The notes: generated by a model from the letters alone, not told the origin. A DNA stretch of 64,000 nucleotides from Chiloscyllium plagiosum (GCF_004010195.1 NC_057732.1:36872607-36936606); one strand, 5' to 3'; shown: positions 38,531 through 52,596, counted from the stretch's first letter. Numbers and translations are program-made.

Positions 38531-39949
38531 ATGTAAGTTTTCTATGACTTTATTTGTACTATATCTCATTCATTTATATTTTATGTGCTCACTGGCCTAC
38601 AGTGGCTCCTAATTAAACAATGTCTCAATTATAAAATGCTTGTCCTTATTTTTAAAAGACTTCAAATCCTTGCTTCTCCCTATCAATGTAATCTGCTACT
38701 CCTACAACCTTCCAAGATCTTCGCAATCCTGCAAGTCTGGCATCTTAAGCACTCTGTTCTAATGACACTACAGTCAATTGCAGTGTTTTCAGCTGCCAAA
38801 GCACTATGCTCTGGAACTTCCCGATTTCTCTTTCCTCCTCTAGTAAATGTAGTCACCGTAGTCCTACTCCACCAAACAGCTGCTCTCTCATTAGAGAGAC
38901 ATGACTGGTGGTGGTTTAATCTGAGAGTCACCACAACTCAGGTGAGGGAAGAGGTTGAGAAAGAGAATCCTTCATGGTAACCTCAGCTGGTGCAGGAATT
39001 GACCCGATGTTTTTGATGAGCAAACCAGCCATCCAGCCATGTGAGCTAACCGACCCCAAAACTTATAATCATTGAGGGGGCTCCTGGGTGCTCCTTAAAA
39101 CAATCTCTTTACCCGGGTTTTTGGTGATATGTTCTATATTTTATAAAACACCTATGAAATTCCTTGGGATCTTTTATTACATTAAAGCTGGGATGTGAAT
39201 ACAAGTTGTCATTGAAGTAAGGGGATTCAGCAGGACATAGGCTGATGAAATGGTCAGATACATGTCAGATTAAATTCAATGCTGAGCAGTGTGAAGTGAT
39301 GCATTTTGAAAGGAAAAATTGAGCAGAGGCAAAAATAAACAAAATGCACAAATTTAAAGGAGGTGCAGTAACAGCGAAACTTTGAGGGTGACAGACAAGT
39401 TGACAAGACTTTAAAAAAATTGGATCAGTCACTTTATAAATAAACGCTAGAGAGTTGATTGCAAGAGGATAATGACTTAAGGAAATAGGCAGAAGAGCTG
39501 AGACGGAGTTAAGGAAAAGCTTTTTACACAATAGGTTTGTATAATTGAATATGAAGGAATACCTCAACAAGAAAAAAGTGGAAAATGATTAATACCTTTC
39601 AAAATTGATTTTGAAAAGATGTAAGTAATAAGTAATGTCACAATAGTTCTAGAGGACTATTGGGCTACTCTCTCATCAGAGGGGATAACTGGTGGTCCTA
39701 TAACCTAAGGGTCACCATGTCTCAAGTGAGGGGTGGGGGGGTGAGTTTACCAGAAGAGATGTAGCACTATAAGGAAAGAATAGGGAGTGGCTCTAATTGA
39801 AAATGTCCTTCAACGATCCAGCACTGTCCTAGTGGGCTCACCGGCTTTTTTCTGTACTTTAAGATTCTGCTATTTCATATGAAGTACATTTACTGTGTTG
39901 TGTGTACTATGTTTCCTACTAAAATGAGTACAGCTCTAACAGAGTCTTT

Positions 39950-40345
39950 ATGGTTAGTTAATGGTTTCTGTCAAGCAATAGTGGATAATCTTAAGTAAAG
40001 CTAGTGCTACTAGTTATAGTAGATGGATGGGGAATCACTAATTAGAATTAGTACGCAGGCAGGGATCATGAGTTAAGAGTACCTGACACTGGTGTCACAA
40101 GTTAGGATGCATAGAACTAGAATCACTAGTTACAACTAGTGGGAATGAGAGTTACCATTGACAGTCTATGAAACTAGGAGTCAATAAAATCCCTTTTGCT
40201 GGGATTACTAGTTAAGGTTCTGGGATGGAGTACAATATTTAGATTCTGTGGGTCATTAGCCAGAGTCCATGAATCTTGGGTTACTAGTTAGAACCTGTCT
40301 AGTTAGAAAGATGAGTTTAGAGTTTGCTGATTACTGGTTGAGTAC
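39950..40345. repeat. Degenerate ~28-29-bp minisatellite
   Basis: T(C/T)ACTAGTTA-like core recurs at ~40007, 40035, 40066, 40095, 40123, 40205 and 40281. Confidence 0.55.
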
Positions 40346-41707
40346 TTACAGTTTGCATCAAAACTTAGTTTGCATACAACTGGGGGTCTTGGCAATTTTA
40401 GCTTGGCAGGCTTAGAGACAGCCAGTTTCATTTCCCTCTCAGTATATAATAGTTTACAGTTGCTTGCTAGTTTGAGTCAAAAGGATATACCGAAACAAAG
40501 ATTGATCTAGTCCAATAAATAAGCCCTACCTGCAGTGTCCAATTGCATAGAGAGACAATCACACTCACCCGCTCAGCTTGCAGGCTTCCTGGGTGCGCAA
40601 CTCCTTATTTCAAAATATTCACAAATGTACAATTGAATTCCTAGCCTGAAGCAGTGGTACAACACCAGCAATAAGCTTGTGCCTTCTTCAATCTCTACAA
40701 TTCATGTCTTCGGTAAGCACACTATCTATGCACCAATATCAGGTAACCCTGGTGCCTTAGGTTTATCAGTTATTTGCACCTGATTCCATCTGCAAACATA
40801 TTATCTCTGCAGGGTCCTAGTGTACACCATGTTCCAAGATTGTAGTCTGTTCCACTTAAAAGGCGTGATGCATAATGTTGATACTTGCTTCCAAGTCTCA
40901 TTGCCAACTGACAGGTGCAGGGAACTCTGAACAACCTTCCCTCATAGAGGCAGGGAACTCTGAACAACCTTCCCCATTTCCACATAATGCGATCTAATCC
41001 TCCAATAGATTATCAAATGCTCTCATTGGTTGAATAAAGGGAATGGATAAAGCAAGTGAGGAAAATTGGAACGGGGATAACAGAAGTAAGGATAAGGGGA
41101 GTGAGAATGAGCTGAGTGAAGATGCATGGTTTTTACATTGTAACTGTGACTTCAGTACTTTATTGGCTGTGAAGCATTTTGAAATATTCTGTGGATGTAA
41201 AAGGCTTTCATTAAATGGAAGTCTTTTTTATCATGAGACTGAGAATAATGGAACTGGGGACAAAGTGGAAAAATGCACAATTAAGATAACTTGATTGAAA
41301 ATATAGGAATTGTGTATAAAAAATTGGAAATTTAAGGAATGGTTAATGGAAAAAGGAGTGAAAATAATAAAAATTTCACTTTCATTGAATCATCAAATTA
41401 ACATGGAGGATGTTGGCACTGATAAATGGAGACATGGACTGTTGACCGTGACCTCTGGGGGTGTCGCTTCCAAAAAGTGTTCAAAAGGCAAGCAGAAACA
41501 AAAGGATCAACTGGCCAAGAAGACGGCCCAGAGAAAACGATTGTCAGTGAATTGTGAACGTCAGTAATCCAATATCTTCCTCTGTAGCAGGGACTGCCAT
41601 GCTGGAGTGTGGTTCCTCAGCCACACCAGGTGAGGATAACACAGACGTTACAACCAAGTGCGAGCCTTTGTCTCCCCATGCAACCATTGACTTAACAATC
41701 CTTTAAT

Positions 41708-42030
41708 GGGGAGGCAATGACTTAGTGGTAATTATTGCTGGACTGTTAATCCAGAGACCCAAGTAATGTTCTGGGGACCTGGGTTCAAACCCTGCTATGG
41801 CAGTTGGTAGAATTTTAATTCAATAAAAATCTGTAATTAAGAGACTAACAGTGCCCACAAAACAATTGTTCACTAATGACCTTCCTTTAGGGAAGAAAAT
41901 TGCCATCCTCACCTGGTCTGGCCCACATGTGACTCCAGACCCACAGCAATATGGTTTTCTCTTAGCTGTCCTCTGGGCAATAAATACCATTCAGCCAGGG
42001 ATCCCCACATCCAATGAATAAAAATAAAGC
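41708..42030 (+). mobile_element. tRNA-derived SINE (related copies ~2930-3210 -, ~13240-13640 +, ~57250-57597 -, ~62840-63120 -)
   Basis: TTAGTGGT...GGGTTCAAAC head; shared body cctggtctggcc.acatgtgactccagac; AATAAA-rich end. Confidence 0.7.
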
Positions 42031-42129
42031 AACCTGCAAAATTACTGCCCATTTGCCAAGAGATGGAAGAGGTCACTCACAGTGATATCTAGCAGCACTT
42101 GCAAACTTACTCACTGCTGCTCAGTACCA

Positions 42130-43100
42130 CCACCATCACTCAGCTCCTGACTCCATTATAATCTTGGTCCAAACATGGGCTAAAGAGCTGAACTCCAAAG
42201 GTGAAGTAGAAGTGACTGCCCTTGACATCAAGACAGTACTCAACAGAGTATGGCATAAAGTAGCAACAAAACTGAATCGGGGAAGTATTACTGTTTGGAG
42301 TCATACCTAAAGGAATAGTGTTGTGGTTGTTGGATGTCAATCATCTCAGCTCCAGGACATATCTGCATAGGTTCCTCAAAATAATGTTCTACTCCATTTT
42401 TGACACTTCATCAATGATCTCCCCAACAGTGACCATCACCAACAAGTAAGAATCTAATCTCATAGTGGTAATTGCCCAAGTATGTTGGGTAAATCCAATC
42501 AGCCCACTGCCACCCCATCAGTCTACTCACATTCATTAAATCCCTGACTAAGAACAGTCTGACCATGACCAGAAACTGAAGTGTAACAGCCATGTGTGTA
42601 TAATAGCAGGTCAAACTCTGCAGTGAGTAACTCAACTTTGTTTCCCTATGCCGGACAACTATCTATAAAGTACAAGTCTGAAGTATGATGAAACATTTCA
42701 CACTTGCCTGGATGAGTGCAGCTCCAACAAGACTCAAGAGGTTTGACACCATCCTGTAAAATGTTGCCATTTGTTTTATATATACACACTTGCAGCAGTG
42801 TGTACCATCTACAAGATGCGCTCCAGTAACTTACCAAGGCTCCTTTGACAGTGCCTTCTAAACCCACAACCTCTATGACATAGAAGGACAAGGGCAGTAG
42901 GAGCTTGGGAACACTATCACCTGCAACTTTCCCTCTAAGTTATGCAGTATTCTGACTTGGAACTATATTGCCATTGCAATATTGTCACAGGGTCAAAATA
43001 CTGGAGCTCCCTTCACAGCTACAGTCTAGGCATCCTTACACCATGAGGACTGCACTGGTTCAAAGAGTCAGCTCAGCTCAGGACAGTTAGGGATGGGGAA
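42130..43100 (+). mobile_element. Degenerate LINE RT fragment (CR1/L2 group)
   Basis: VTALDIK...RVWH-like motif and decayed downstream RT segments; a related fragment lies at ~10325-10680. Confidence 0.55.
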
Positions 43101-44109
43101 AATGACTACATTCCATGGTAAAAATAAAATAGGTAGACTCGGACACAGAAGACATGGAAATAGATACATATACGCAGAGGGTAGACTGATCCAGAAACAC
43201 ACAGAGAACAGAAACATAGATGGCATGCAGATAGATAATATACAAAGACATGCAAAACCTTAAAAAACACACAACACACAGACATATTGTCGCTTTGGAG
43301 ACAGCATTGAACATGCAGAGGACACACGGACAAACACAAAACTTTTCAGATAGTGAAATGATAAGTGAGTTAGCAAGAATTCATTTTCCATGTGAGACCT
43401 TCTCATTATTTGTCTGCCACCCTACAAAATAGAAAATAAATATGGAACCAAGTGCCAAGAATTGGGCCAATATTGCTCTGGCGTCAATTTTGTGAAATGA
43501 AGTGATCTTCTCCCCAAAATTTCCTTTCCTCCTGTTCTTTGTCCTTTGCCTCCTTACAATTAAGGGGTACAGGGTTAAAATGGAGAGGATCTGTGCCATT
43601 CCTTCATGACACACATTGGTCCTTGCACCATCTTTGGTCACATTCGTGGCAGCAAAGTCGGAGGTGAAACAGGAGTAGTCTGACTGGACAAAGTTTAACC
43701 ATCCTGAGCCCAAAGTAACAGGTGCTTCAGCTTAAATAATGTTCAAAGTCCTCATTCATACTGCAGCCATCATCAGTCATTCAAAGGAAGGCACTTAGGT
43801 AGAAATGAAGAGGTGGGGTCCTCCTGCAGATCACAATGCATTTCCACTTTAAGAAGCAGCGAACTGACCTAATTTTAAGATAATATGCCTAAGGATTAGC
43901 TTCAGCTAAAACACACTGAGTCAGCTGGGAGACCGATCAGATGTCCTTCTGACGTTGATATCAGTCAGATCATCGTCAAGAGATCTCCACGTGGACACAC
44001 AGATCCCTTCCTCAAACAGACATACACATCCACATGGACACAGAGATTCATGCAGATAGTAGTATATACAAATGCAATCTTTCAGTCACAGAACATACAC
44101 GTACAGAGT

Positions 44110-46487
44110 AGATGTTATGGGGCCTTTAACTTTCCAAATATTGACTGGAAATACTCTAGATCGCATACTTTAGATGGGTCAGTTTTTGTCCAATGTGTGG
44201 AGGAGGGTTTCCTGACACAGTACGTAGGCAAGCCAACAAGGGGCGAGGCCACATTGGATTTGGTACTGGGTAATGAACCTGGCCAGGTGTTAGATTTGGA
44301 GGTAAGTGAGCACTTTGGTGATAGTGACCACAATTCTGTTATATTTACTTTAGCAATGGAAAGGAATAGGTATATAATGCAGGGCAAGAGTTATTGCTGG
44401 GGGAAAGGCAATTATGTTGCGATTAGGCAAGACTTAGGATCGATAGGATGGGGAAGGAAACTGCAGGGGATGGGCACAATTGAAATGTCGAGCTTATTCA
44501 AGGAACAGCTACTGCATGTCCTTGATAAGTACGTATCTGTCAGGCAGGGAGGAAGCGGTCGAGCAAAGGAGCTATGGTTTACAAAAGAAGTTGAATCTCT
44601 TGTCAAGAAGAAGAAGGCAGCTTATGTTAGGATGAGGTGTGAAGGCTCAATTAGGGTATTTGAGAGTGACAAGTCAGCTAGGAAAGATCTAATAAGAGAG
44701 CTAAGAAGAGCCAGGAGGGGAAATGAGATGTCATTGGTAGATAGGATCAAGGAAAACCCTAAAGCTTTCTATAGGTATATTAGGAATAAAAAAATGACTA
44801 AAGAAAGATTAGGGTCAATCAAGGATATTAGTGGGAATTTGTGCATGGAGTCCAAGGAGATAGAGGAAGCACAAAATGAATATTTTTCATCAAAAAAAGA
44901 CAATGTTGATGAGAAGAATACTGAGATACAACGAGGAGGTGTGAGCAATTCTGGAAAGTCTGAAAATAGATAAGTCCCCTGGGCCGGATGGGATTTATCC
45001 TAGGATTCTCTGGGAAGCCAGGGAGGAGATTGCAGAGCCTTTGACTTTGATCTTTATGTCATCATTGTCTACAGGAATAGTGCCAGAAGACTGGAGGATG
45101 GCAAATATTGTCCCCTTGTTCAAGAAAGGAAGTAGAGACAACCCTGGTAATTATAGACCAGTGGGCCTTACTTCAGTTGTGAGTAAAGTATTGGAAAAGG
45201 TTATAAGAGACAGGATTTATAATTACCTAGAGAAGAATAAGTTGTTTAGGGATAGTCAATACCATTTTGTGAAGGGTAGGTCGTGACTCACAAACCTTAC
45301 TGAGTTCTTTGAGATGGTGACCAAAGATATGGATGAGGGTAAAACATTTGATGTGGTGTATGTGGATTTCAGTAAGTTGTTTGATAAGGTTCCCCATGGT
45401 AAGCTATTGCACAAAATACAGAGGCTTGGGATTGAGTGTGATTTAGTGGTTTGGATCAGAAATTGGCGAGCTGAAAGACGACAGAGGTGGTGATTAATGG
45501 GAAATGTTCATTCTGGAGTTCAGTTACTAGTGGTGTATCGCAAGGATCTCTTTTGGGGCCACTGCTGTTTGTCATTTTTATAAATGATCTAGATAAGGGC
45601 GTAGAATGATGGGTTGGTAAATTGCAGATGACATTAAGGTCGGTGGAGTTGTGGATAACGCTGAAGGATGTTGCAGGTTACAGAGGGACGCAGATAATTG
45701 CAGAGCTGGGCTGAGAGTTGGTCAATGAAGTTTAATGTGGAAAGGTGTGAGGCGAGGAGCAAAAGTAATAAAGAGTTCTGGGCTAATGGTAAGATTCTTG
45801 GTAGTGTAGATGAGCAGAGAGATTTCATTGTCCACATACATAGATCCCTGAAAGCTGCCATCCAGGTTGATAGGGTTGTTAAGAACGCATATAGTGTGTT
45901 AGCTTTTATTGATAGAAGGATTGAGTTTTGAAGCCACGAGATCATGCTGCAGCTGTACAAAATTCTTGTGTGGCCACACTTAGAATATTGTGTACAGTTC
46001 TGGTCACCGCATTATAGAAACGATGTGGAAGCTTTGGAAAGGGTTCACAGGAGATTTACTAAAATGTTGCCTAGTACGGAGGGAAGGTCTTATGAGAAAA
46101 AGCTGAGGTTCTTGAGGCTGTTTTCATTAGAGAAGAAAGTTGAGAGGAGACTTAATTGACACATATAGGATAATCAAAGGGTTAGATAGGGTGGACAGTG
46201 ACAGCCTTTATCCTTGGATGGTGATGGCCTGCAAGAAAGGACGGAGCTTTAAATTGAGGGGTGATAGATATAGGACAGATGTCAGAGGTAGTTTCTTTAC
46301 TAAGAGAATAGTAGGGGCATGGAACGCACTGTCGGCAACAGTAGTAGACTCGCCAACTTTAAGGGCATTTAACTGGTCATTGGATAAACATATGGATGAA
46401 AATGGAATAGTGTAGGATAGATTCCACAGGTCAGCGCAACATCGAGGGCCAAAGGGCCTGTAATGCGCTGTAATGTTCTATGTTCTG
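44110..46487 (+). mobile_element. CR1 LINE, long ORF2 remnant (endonuclease C-terminus, RT, 3' UTR)
   Basis: FNFPNIDW, PTRGEATLDLVL, SDHN, GNYRPVGLTS and PHLEYCVQFWSPHY motifs; multiple frameshifts. Confidence 0.93.
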
Positions 46488-48934
46488 TAGTCTCAGATAC
46501 AGAATGCCACACCTACACAAATACGTTCATACATCCTTTTTTTAAACACAGACATTGCCCTGATTTAGGGGGTCATTTTCATCAAGCATCTGGTAATCCG
46601 TTCCAATACTCCTCATGTCATTCAAGCCAAAAACAATTTAATAACAGGTTCTGTGAAACATAATGTGGCATTTTATCTTATTAAAAATGCTATATAAGTA
46701 CAAGTTAAAGCCGGTCACCCTCTTGGTAATTTTGGACTGAATATTCCCAAGATCTCTTGGAATGTTGACATTTTAACTCTGGCAAAGGGTCACTCAAAGC
46801 AAAATGTTAATTGTTTTTCACACCGCAGATGCTGCCAAACTTGCTAAGTTTTGTAAGTTGCATACAAATTTTCAGTGTGAGCATGTCTGAAATAATTTCT
46901 CCTTGGTTTTAAGCAGTAACTCATTCACTTTACATCATACTCCTTCCCTGCTAACACACAGCAGAGAGACAGCTTGAGTACAACACAAAGATTGGTTGGC
47001 ATTCTTGGTGGATTCTGAAACCCTCACTTGCACTATTCAATCTTGTATCATGTACCTGAGCTCCTCAATAATCTAGGCCCAACTAGATTATTTGAGATAT
47101 CGAATAACTTCAGTATAAGGTGGAACTTTTAGTGCAGTCATTTCCTTTTGAACATGTTCACTTAACAAATAATTAAACTTCTTAGAGAAACAAAGCTTAC
47201 TAAATTATTTGTTCTTTATGCCTTTAGACTTTGAAATCCCAAAGAGAGAAATACACTTCTTGAAAAATCAGTTCTGTTTGTGAAAGAGTTTAAGATGCTC
47301 ATGACTCCCTGTAGCATCATATTTTAAGAGTATTTTATTTTAGAGATGAGTGTGTGTTGCTGGAAAAGCACAGCAGGTCAGACAGCGTCCCAGGAGCAAT
47401 TAAAATATCAGAAGTTTGGAACTTGAAAAACAGTAATATTCGTCATGCAGTGAGGGAGACAATTTGAGACTGAACAGCACCAAGACTCTCTTGAATTAAG
47501 GAAAGCCTGTGTGATAACAATCCTCTGGGTAACTGAGCTGCATGTGTTAAAAAGCTGGAAGCACCAGGGCAGCAGATAAAATAAATCTATAGCCAGCAAA
47601 TGAAAAGCAGCTCTCTCTCTCTCCACATGAGAAAGAGAAAAAAAACACAAGTCTAAAAGAATGAATTCCTTCAAGAAAGACCTAAGTCTACCAAACCAAC
47701 TATCAAAATAAAAACAATCACTGCTTTATAGACAATAATGTGGCATCTATGCTAAAAAAAAAATCAAAAGGTAATTTAACATGCCATCGAAATATAGACT
47801 GCTGATCTTCAGGACTTTGCATATGCTATTTTCCTTGAACCCCTACAAGTTAAGCCATCTATTATAATCATGAATGAGCATGTAGGTTTTTGAGACATAG
47901 TTTAAGTTGCGTAGTAGTAAATTAGAAAACCTTTATTTTCTCTGGCCTTTTTTTGTGTTAATTATGAAACCTGGTACAAATTGCTTATGTCCTGAATGAC
48001 AGTTGATGACTGTTACTTCACTGGTTAAGCCCAGCTATAGTGTCAAATTTCAAGCAGCACAATTTAGGAAAGATTTCAAGACCGAGTACCAATAGTGCTT
48101 AGAAGAGTTAAGAGTCTGGGATTGTTCTCCTTACAAAAAAGGTGGTTAACAGATTCAATAATTATTTTCAAAAAGAAACTGAATTAATACTTGGAAGACA
48201 AAGATTTTGCAGAGTTAATAAGAAAGAATGAGGAAAATGGAAATAATTGGAAAGATCATCCAAAGCACAGGCACAGGGAATGTTCTAGAAATCCATTTAT
48301 CTTTATTTGCTTCAGTGTAAACTTGACTTCAAAATAACTAGGTCAGAGATTGTGTTCAAGCATTTCAAGACTTGAGCTGACTCAGTTATGAGAAGGAATT
48401 TTCAAACAGGGAAATCAATCGATTACCAAATTTTAAACACATCACTCAAAAATTTAGATTGCAACTTGTACTGATCCTCCTGTTACGTTTTCAGATGCCT
48501 CCATTTCAATCCAAGTGTTTGCAGTTGATGTGGAGAAGTTATTCATACAGGAGATCATCAGTGAAAATGTGCTAATCGATACTGAAAAGTTAGGAAAAGG
48601 CATCAGACTTTAATATTGCAAGGGAAAACTTTGCAGGCTCTACACAGGGATAACAATCAATTTACTGGCAAGCTCCCACAAACAATAACCAGATAACCTT
48701 TTCTTAATTATGACAAATATTGTTCAGGACACCCAGAAAACCCATACAATCTTCTTCAGAATAGTTCGTGAAATCTTCCACATCCACCTCAGAGGCCAGG
48801 TAAAACTTCAGTTTAACATTCCAAATAATGGAATCTCAAAATGCAACATTCCCTTAGCACTGCACTGGAAACAGCTGCTATCCCCCAGCCTCCGGAGTGC
48901 AATCTGAACCCTTAAACAGCCAACTTGTGTCAAA

Positions 48935-49410
48935 AACAGGAGTATAAATTCCCACGTGGTTGAAGATGCCCTCCAATGCATCTCATCCACATCCTGCACC
49001 TCTGCCCTCGAACTCCACCCCTCCAGCTGCACCAAGGATATATTTCCCTCCCCTCCCCTATCAGCTTTCCGTAGAGACCACTCCCTCCGCGACNNNNNNN
49101 NNNNNNNNNNNNNNNNNNNNNNNNNNNNNNNNNNNNNNNNNNNNNNNNNNNNNNNNNNNNNNNNNNNNNNNNNNNNNNNNNNNNNNNNNNNNNNNNNNNN
49201 NNNNNNNNNNNNNNNNNNNNNNNNNNNNNNNNNNNNNNNNNNNNNNNNNNNNTCTCACCACTCCCAAGGCTCCCAGCTTCATTCCTGATGAAGGGCTTTT
49301 TCCTGAAACATCGATTTTCCTGCTCCTCGGATGCTGCCTGACCTGCTGCTCTTTTCCAGGACCACTTTAATCTAGAATCTAATCTCCAGCATCTGCAGTA
49401 CCCACTTCTG
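48935..49410 (+). mobile_element. Penelope-like retroelement remnant (ORF fragment, assembly gap 49094-49252, 3' end with CpG-decayed hammerhead)
   Basis: FPSPPLSAFRRDHSLRD resembles the linker of vertebrate Penelope ORFs; CTGATGAAGGGC...GAAACATC at 49285-49312. Confidence 0.75.
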
Positions 49411-49928
49411 CCCTGCCGTATAACTTTTCCTGGCTACAATCAATTCTGAAGGGTCACTGCAACATCAACTCTGCTTTTTTGTCCACAGATACTGCTGGAC
49501 CTGCTGAGTTTTCCAGCAATTTCTGTTTTTGTTTGGATTTCCAGCATCTGCAGTTCTATTCTTAAGAAAAAAAAAAAGATCTGGACAGCTCTTTCATAGA
49601 AGCACAGAGATGAGCTGAATGACTTCCTTCTATCCTGTAGGATTCTACTGTAACAATAGAGCAAAGTAATCATACTAGCAGAATCAATGAGTGCTCAGTA
49701 CACCAGGACACTCCTAGCAATTACAGCCAGCCTAGCTCATTGCTGGAACATTATCAGGCGATCCCTTAGAAGAGCACAGGATTCTACTCAGCCACACCTA
49801 TTTGTCCGCAGCTAACCTTGCATACCAATTGCATGGTGGGATATAATAGTTCAACTTTATTACAATGCTCTGTGAAGGCTTGAGTTAGAAAAAGGATCTA
49901 AGCCTTACTCTTACCAACCTGAACATAG

Positions 49929-50148
49929 TCAAAGAAGTGTGGTGCTGGAAAAGCACAGCAGGTCAGGTAGTATCAGAGGAGCAAAAGACTGGGCATAAGT
50001 CATTCATCAGGAATGTGCACACTCCTGATGAAGGGCTTATGCCCGAAACGTCGACTTTCCTGCTCCTCTGATGCTGCCTGACCTGCCATGCTTTTCCAGC
50101 GCCACACTTTTCAATTCGGATCTTCAGCATCTGCAGTCCTCACTTTCT
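49929..50148. mobile_element. Self-inverted Penelope-derived short element with intact minimal hammerhead core
   Basis: Imperfect TSD CCAACCTGAACATAG (49914-49928) / CCAACCTAGACATAG (50149-50163); palindrome centre GTGCAC at 50015-50020. Confidence 0.8.
50023..50054 (+). ncRNA. Minimal hammerhead ribozyme motif (Penelope type)
   Basis: CTGATGA-A-GGGC(TTAT)GCCC-GAAAC-GTC-GA. Confidence 0.65.
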
Positions 50149-51473
50149 CCAACCTAGACATAGACCTCGATTGCATATCAATTACAATGGAAAGAGCAAC
50201 GTGAGCTTTACTCATTTGGTTTTAAACTGGTGCCAGTCTTTGCTCAACCAATGACATATAATACAAAATGAACATAAATGTCAAGTTATTTCTGAAGTGG
50301 CAATATATTTCTAGTTTTATTTTTTAATATTTCAAATTTGTTTTTCTTATCACCATAAACCAGAGTTCTCAACTGGCGTTTTAACTTGGGACTTCACTTC
50401 CTTCATCTGCCATTCTTGGGTCCTTGCTATACTCACTGACGACCTGGTACACCAACAGCTCAAATTTAAAATTATCATTCTTGAAATCAAATCCCTCTAT
50501 CACCTCAAATTTCTCTCTAAAATATGCCAGCTCTATAACTCCCCAATATATTGGTACTGCAACTCTGCCAATTTCACATCCCAGATTTTAATTGCTCCAT
50601 CTCCAGCTGTAAATGTCCAAGACCAAGAATCCTTCCTTAAACCTCTCCACCTTTTTCCTTCTCTAAGCTCAACATTAACATTTTGTGGACTCTCCTTATA
50701 ACTCATGTGGCTTGATATATCAAGTAGTGCTCCTATAAAACGCATTCAGATTTTACATTTACATAATTCCTTTGGCATCACAATATAGTAGCGAAGAGGA
50801 CATTTTGATTGACTAATGAAAAAAGAACAAATTAAAGGCATTAGTGGTGACAACAAAAGGTGACTGGAGTTCAGATTGGTCAATTCATCTCTGTACACAG
50901 CTTAGTCTCCAGTTCATAGGGTAACAGCCACAGAAAGTATAAGTGGCACAAGTAAATAAAAATCACATTTTTCATCCTGAGGTTTAATATTAGGAAATGC
51001 TCTCTCTGCACTGTTCCATCAATCCCCAGCAGACACAATAAAGCTCTCTCTACACTCTTCAGACACTACCAGGACAAGTATTGCACAGGTCAGATAAAGA
51101 ATAAACTCCCTCTGGGTGGTCCTTCTAGAGTGCCACTATCCCTTTTGCAATATTTTTCCCTGAACAAACTACCTATAGTTGCTGTGGGAATTTATGCAGG
51201 CTGAACCATACCATCAGCACATGGAAAGACAAAACAGGTAATTACGTTTCTGGTGTGTAACTCTTCATTGTCTCTGCAAACCTGGTTTTAGTTTCTGGTT
51301 TCCAGAGTTTGTTTCCTGTTTAGAGTTGTATTAGCAATTTTCTACCATGTATTCATTAATGGAACTCAGTACAACCCAAAGTGACTGTATAAAAATGATT
51401 CTCACAACTCTGGAACCAGTTGGATTTATTGAAGGGCTATGAGAAACAACAAAACTCCTTAAAATCAAACTGC

Positions 51474-51479
51474 TTTATT
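51474..51479 (-). terminator. IMPDH1: Probable IMPDH1 polyadenylation signal (3' UTR ~1.1 kb)
   Basis: AATAAA on the minus strand with a downstream GT/T-rich tract (gagttttgttgtttctc); a second AATAAA lies at 51425-51430. Confidence 0.5.
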
Positions 51480-52574
51480 AAATTTCATTCTTTACAGGCA
51501 TCATTGTCAGATTTCGCAACAAGTTTCACTCAACAGGAAGTGGCAGAAGCATTTCTAATCCACATTCAGTTCTGCTGAGTATACACTTGTGGTAACAAAC
51601 TTAAAAGGATCTCAACTTTCATCTGTAGACATGGAACTGGATTTGGATTGCTTAGTGGAGCAAGGGGTTGAAGTGGAAAACAGCTTTCATATGCTGAAAT
51701 TGGAAAAAGGTGAACTTTATTCAGAAGTTATTTTTATAGGAATTTCCCATACCTCAAACAGAACTGGGACATTACCCATGAGATATTGTTTAGAGCCATC
51801 CCAGGATAAGTTCACACTTCCTTTGGTGATGACAGCAGTTCCAAAGCAGTGCCCACAACTCTCCCTGATCCAGGGAAGTGCGACTTCAATAGGGTCAGCC
51901 TGCCCTGGGCATTTGAACAGTAAAGACTGCCTCCCAGCGTATTCAAGACCCTAACACAATACCCTCACTATCTCCCATGGGTCAGGGAGCTAGTTGAAAA
52001 AGGACAAAAAAAATTAAATCGCTTCCATCCATGCAGAACTGTATCAAATGTCATGTACGCAACATTGGGAATGTAATCATGTAAACTAGGATCCCACTGC
52101 TTCCATTTCTCAGTGACACCTTTTTTGGGGACGGAGAAAGAATCTTATTTCTTCGCAACCCCTCCATACACATTTTAAACAAAAATACGAATACTTCTGG
52201 TGATGAAAAAGGAAGTTGCAGTTCAAGTCTGTTCAGTGAAACTCAGTGAAATCTTGCTATAAATAGCTATATATCAGGCTCATTTCCTGGCCACGGGAAA
52301 AGACAGAGTAAACAACATTGAGAACTCGCGTATTTTCTCTGGGTGCAGTGGTGATATTGCTGCTTTTCCTCTTGCTACATTCTTCACGGCTCCAAGTAAC
52401 AAAAATCCAAAATCAAAGATAAAGGAATTGTGCATCACAAGCCAGGAGGCATGGAGCGGGGCTGTTGCCTCTGCGTGAGGGACATAGGAAGGTGGTCAGG
52501 GACGCCTGTGAGGTTTAACGGCCAATGGGGAGGGGACGTTGGGAGCCACAGCCTGGTGGGCAACACCTCCTTCT

Positions 52575-52596
52575 TCAGTAAAGCCGCTTCTCGTAA
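52575..52596 (-). CDS. IMPDH1: IMPDH1 terminal coding exon (SYEKRLY*)
   Basis: ttttcttttag|TTACGAGAAGCGGCTTTACTGA; the alternative frame stays open to TGA at 52496-52498. Confidence 0.93.

Noticed and set aside
39950-40345. Regularly spaced palindromic motif superficially like a CRISPR array
   Set aside because: Eukaryotic DNA, highly degenerate units and no unique spacers; a minisatellite.
43381-43713. 110-aa minus-strand ORF
   Set aside because: Non-ATG start, no recognisable family, no convincing splice sites.
44050-44973. 307-aa ORF as a possible domesticated or active RT gene
   Set aside because: Part of a 5'-truncated CR1 ORF2 with frameshifts and stops downstream.
49094-49252. N runs (also 3528-3557)
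   Set aside because: Assembly gaps within repeats, not biological; they inflate the neighbouring ORF lengths.
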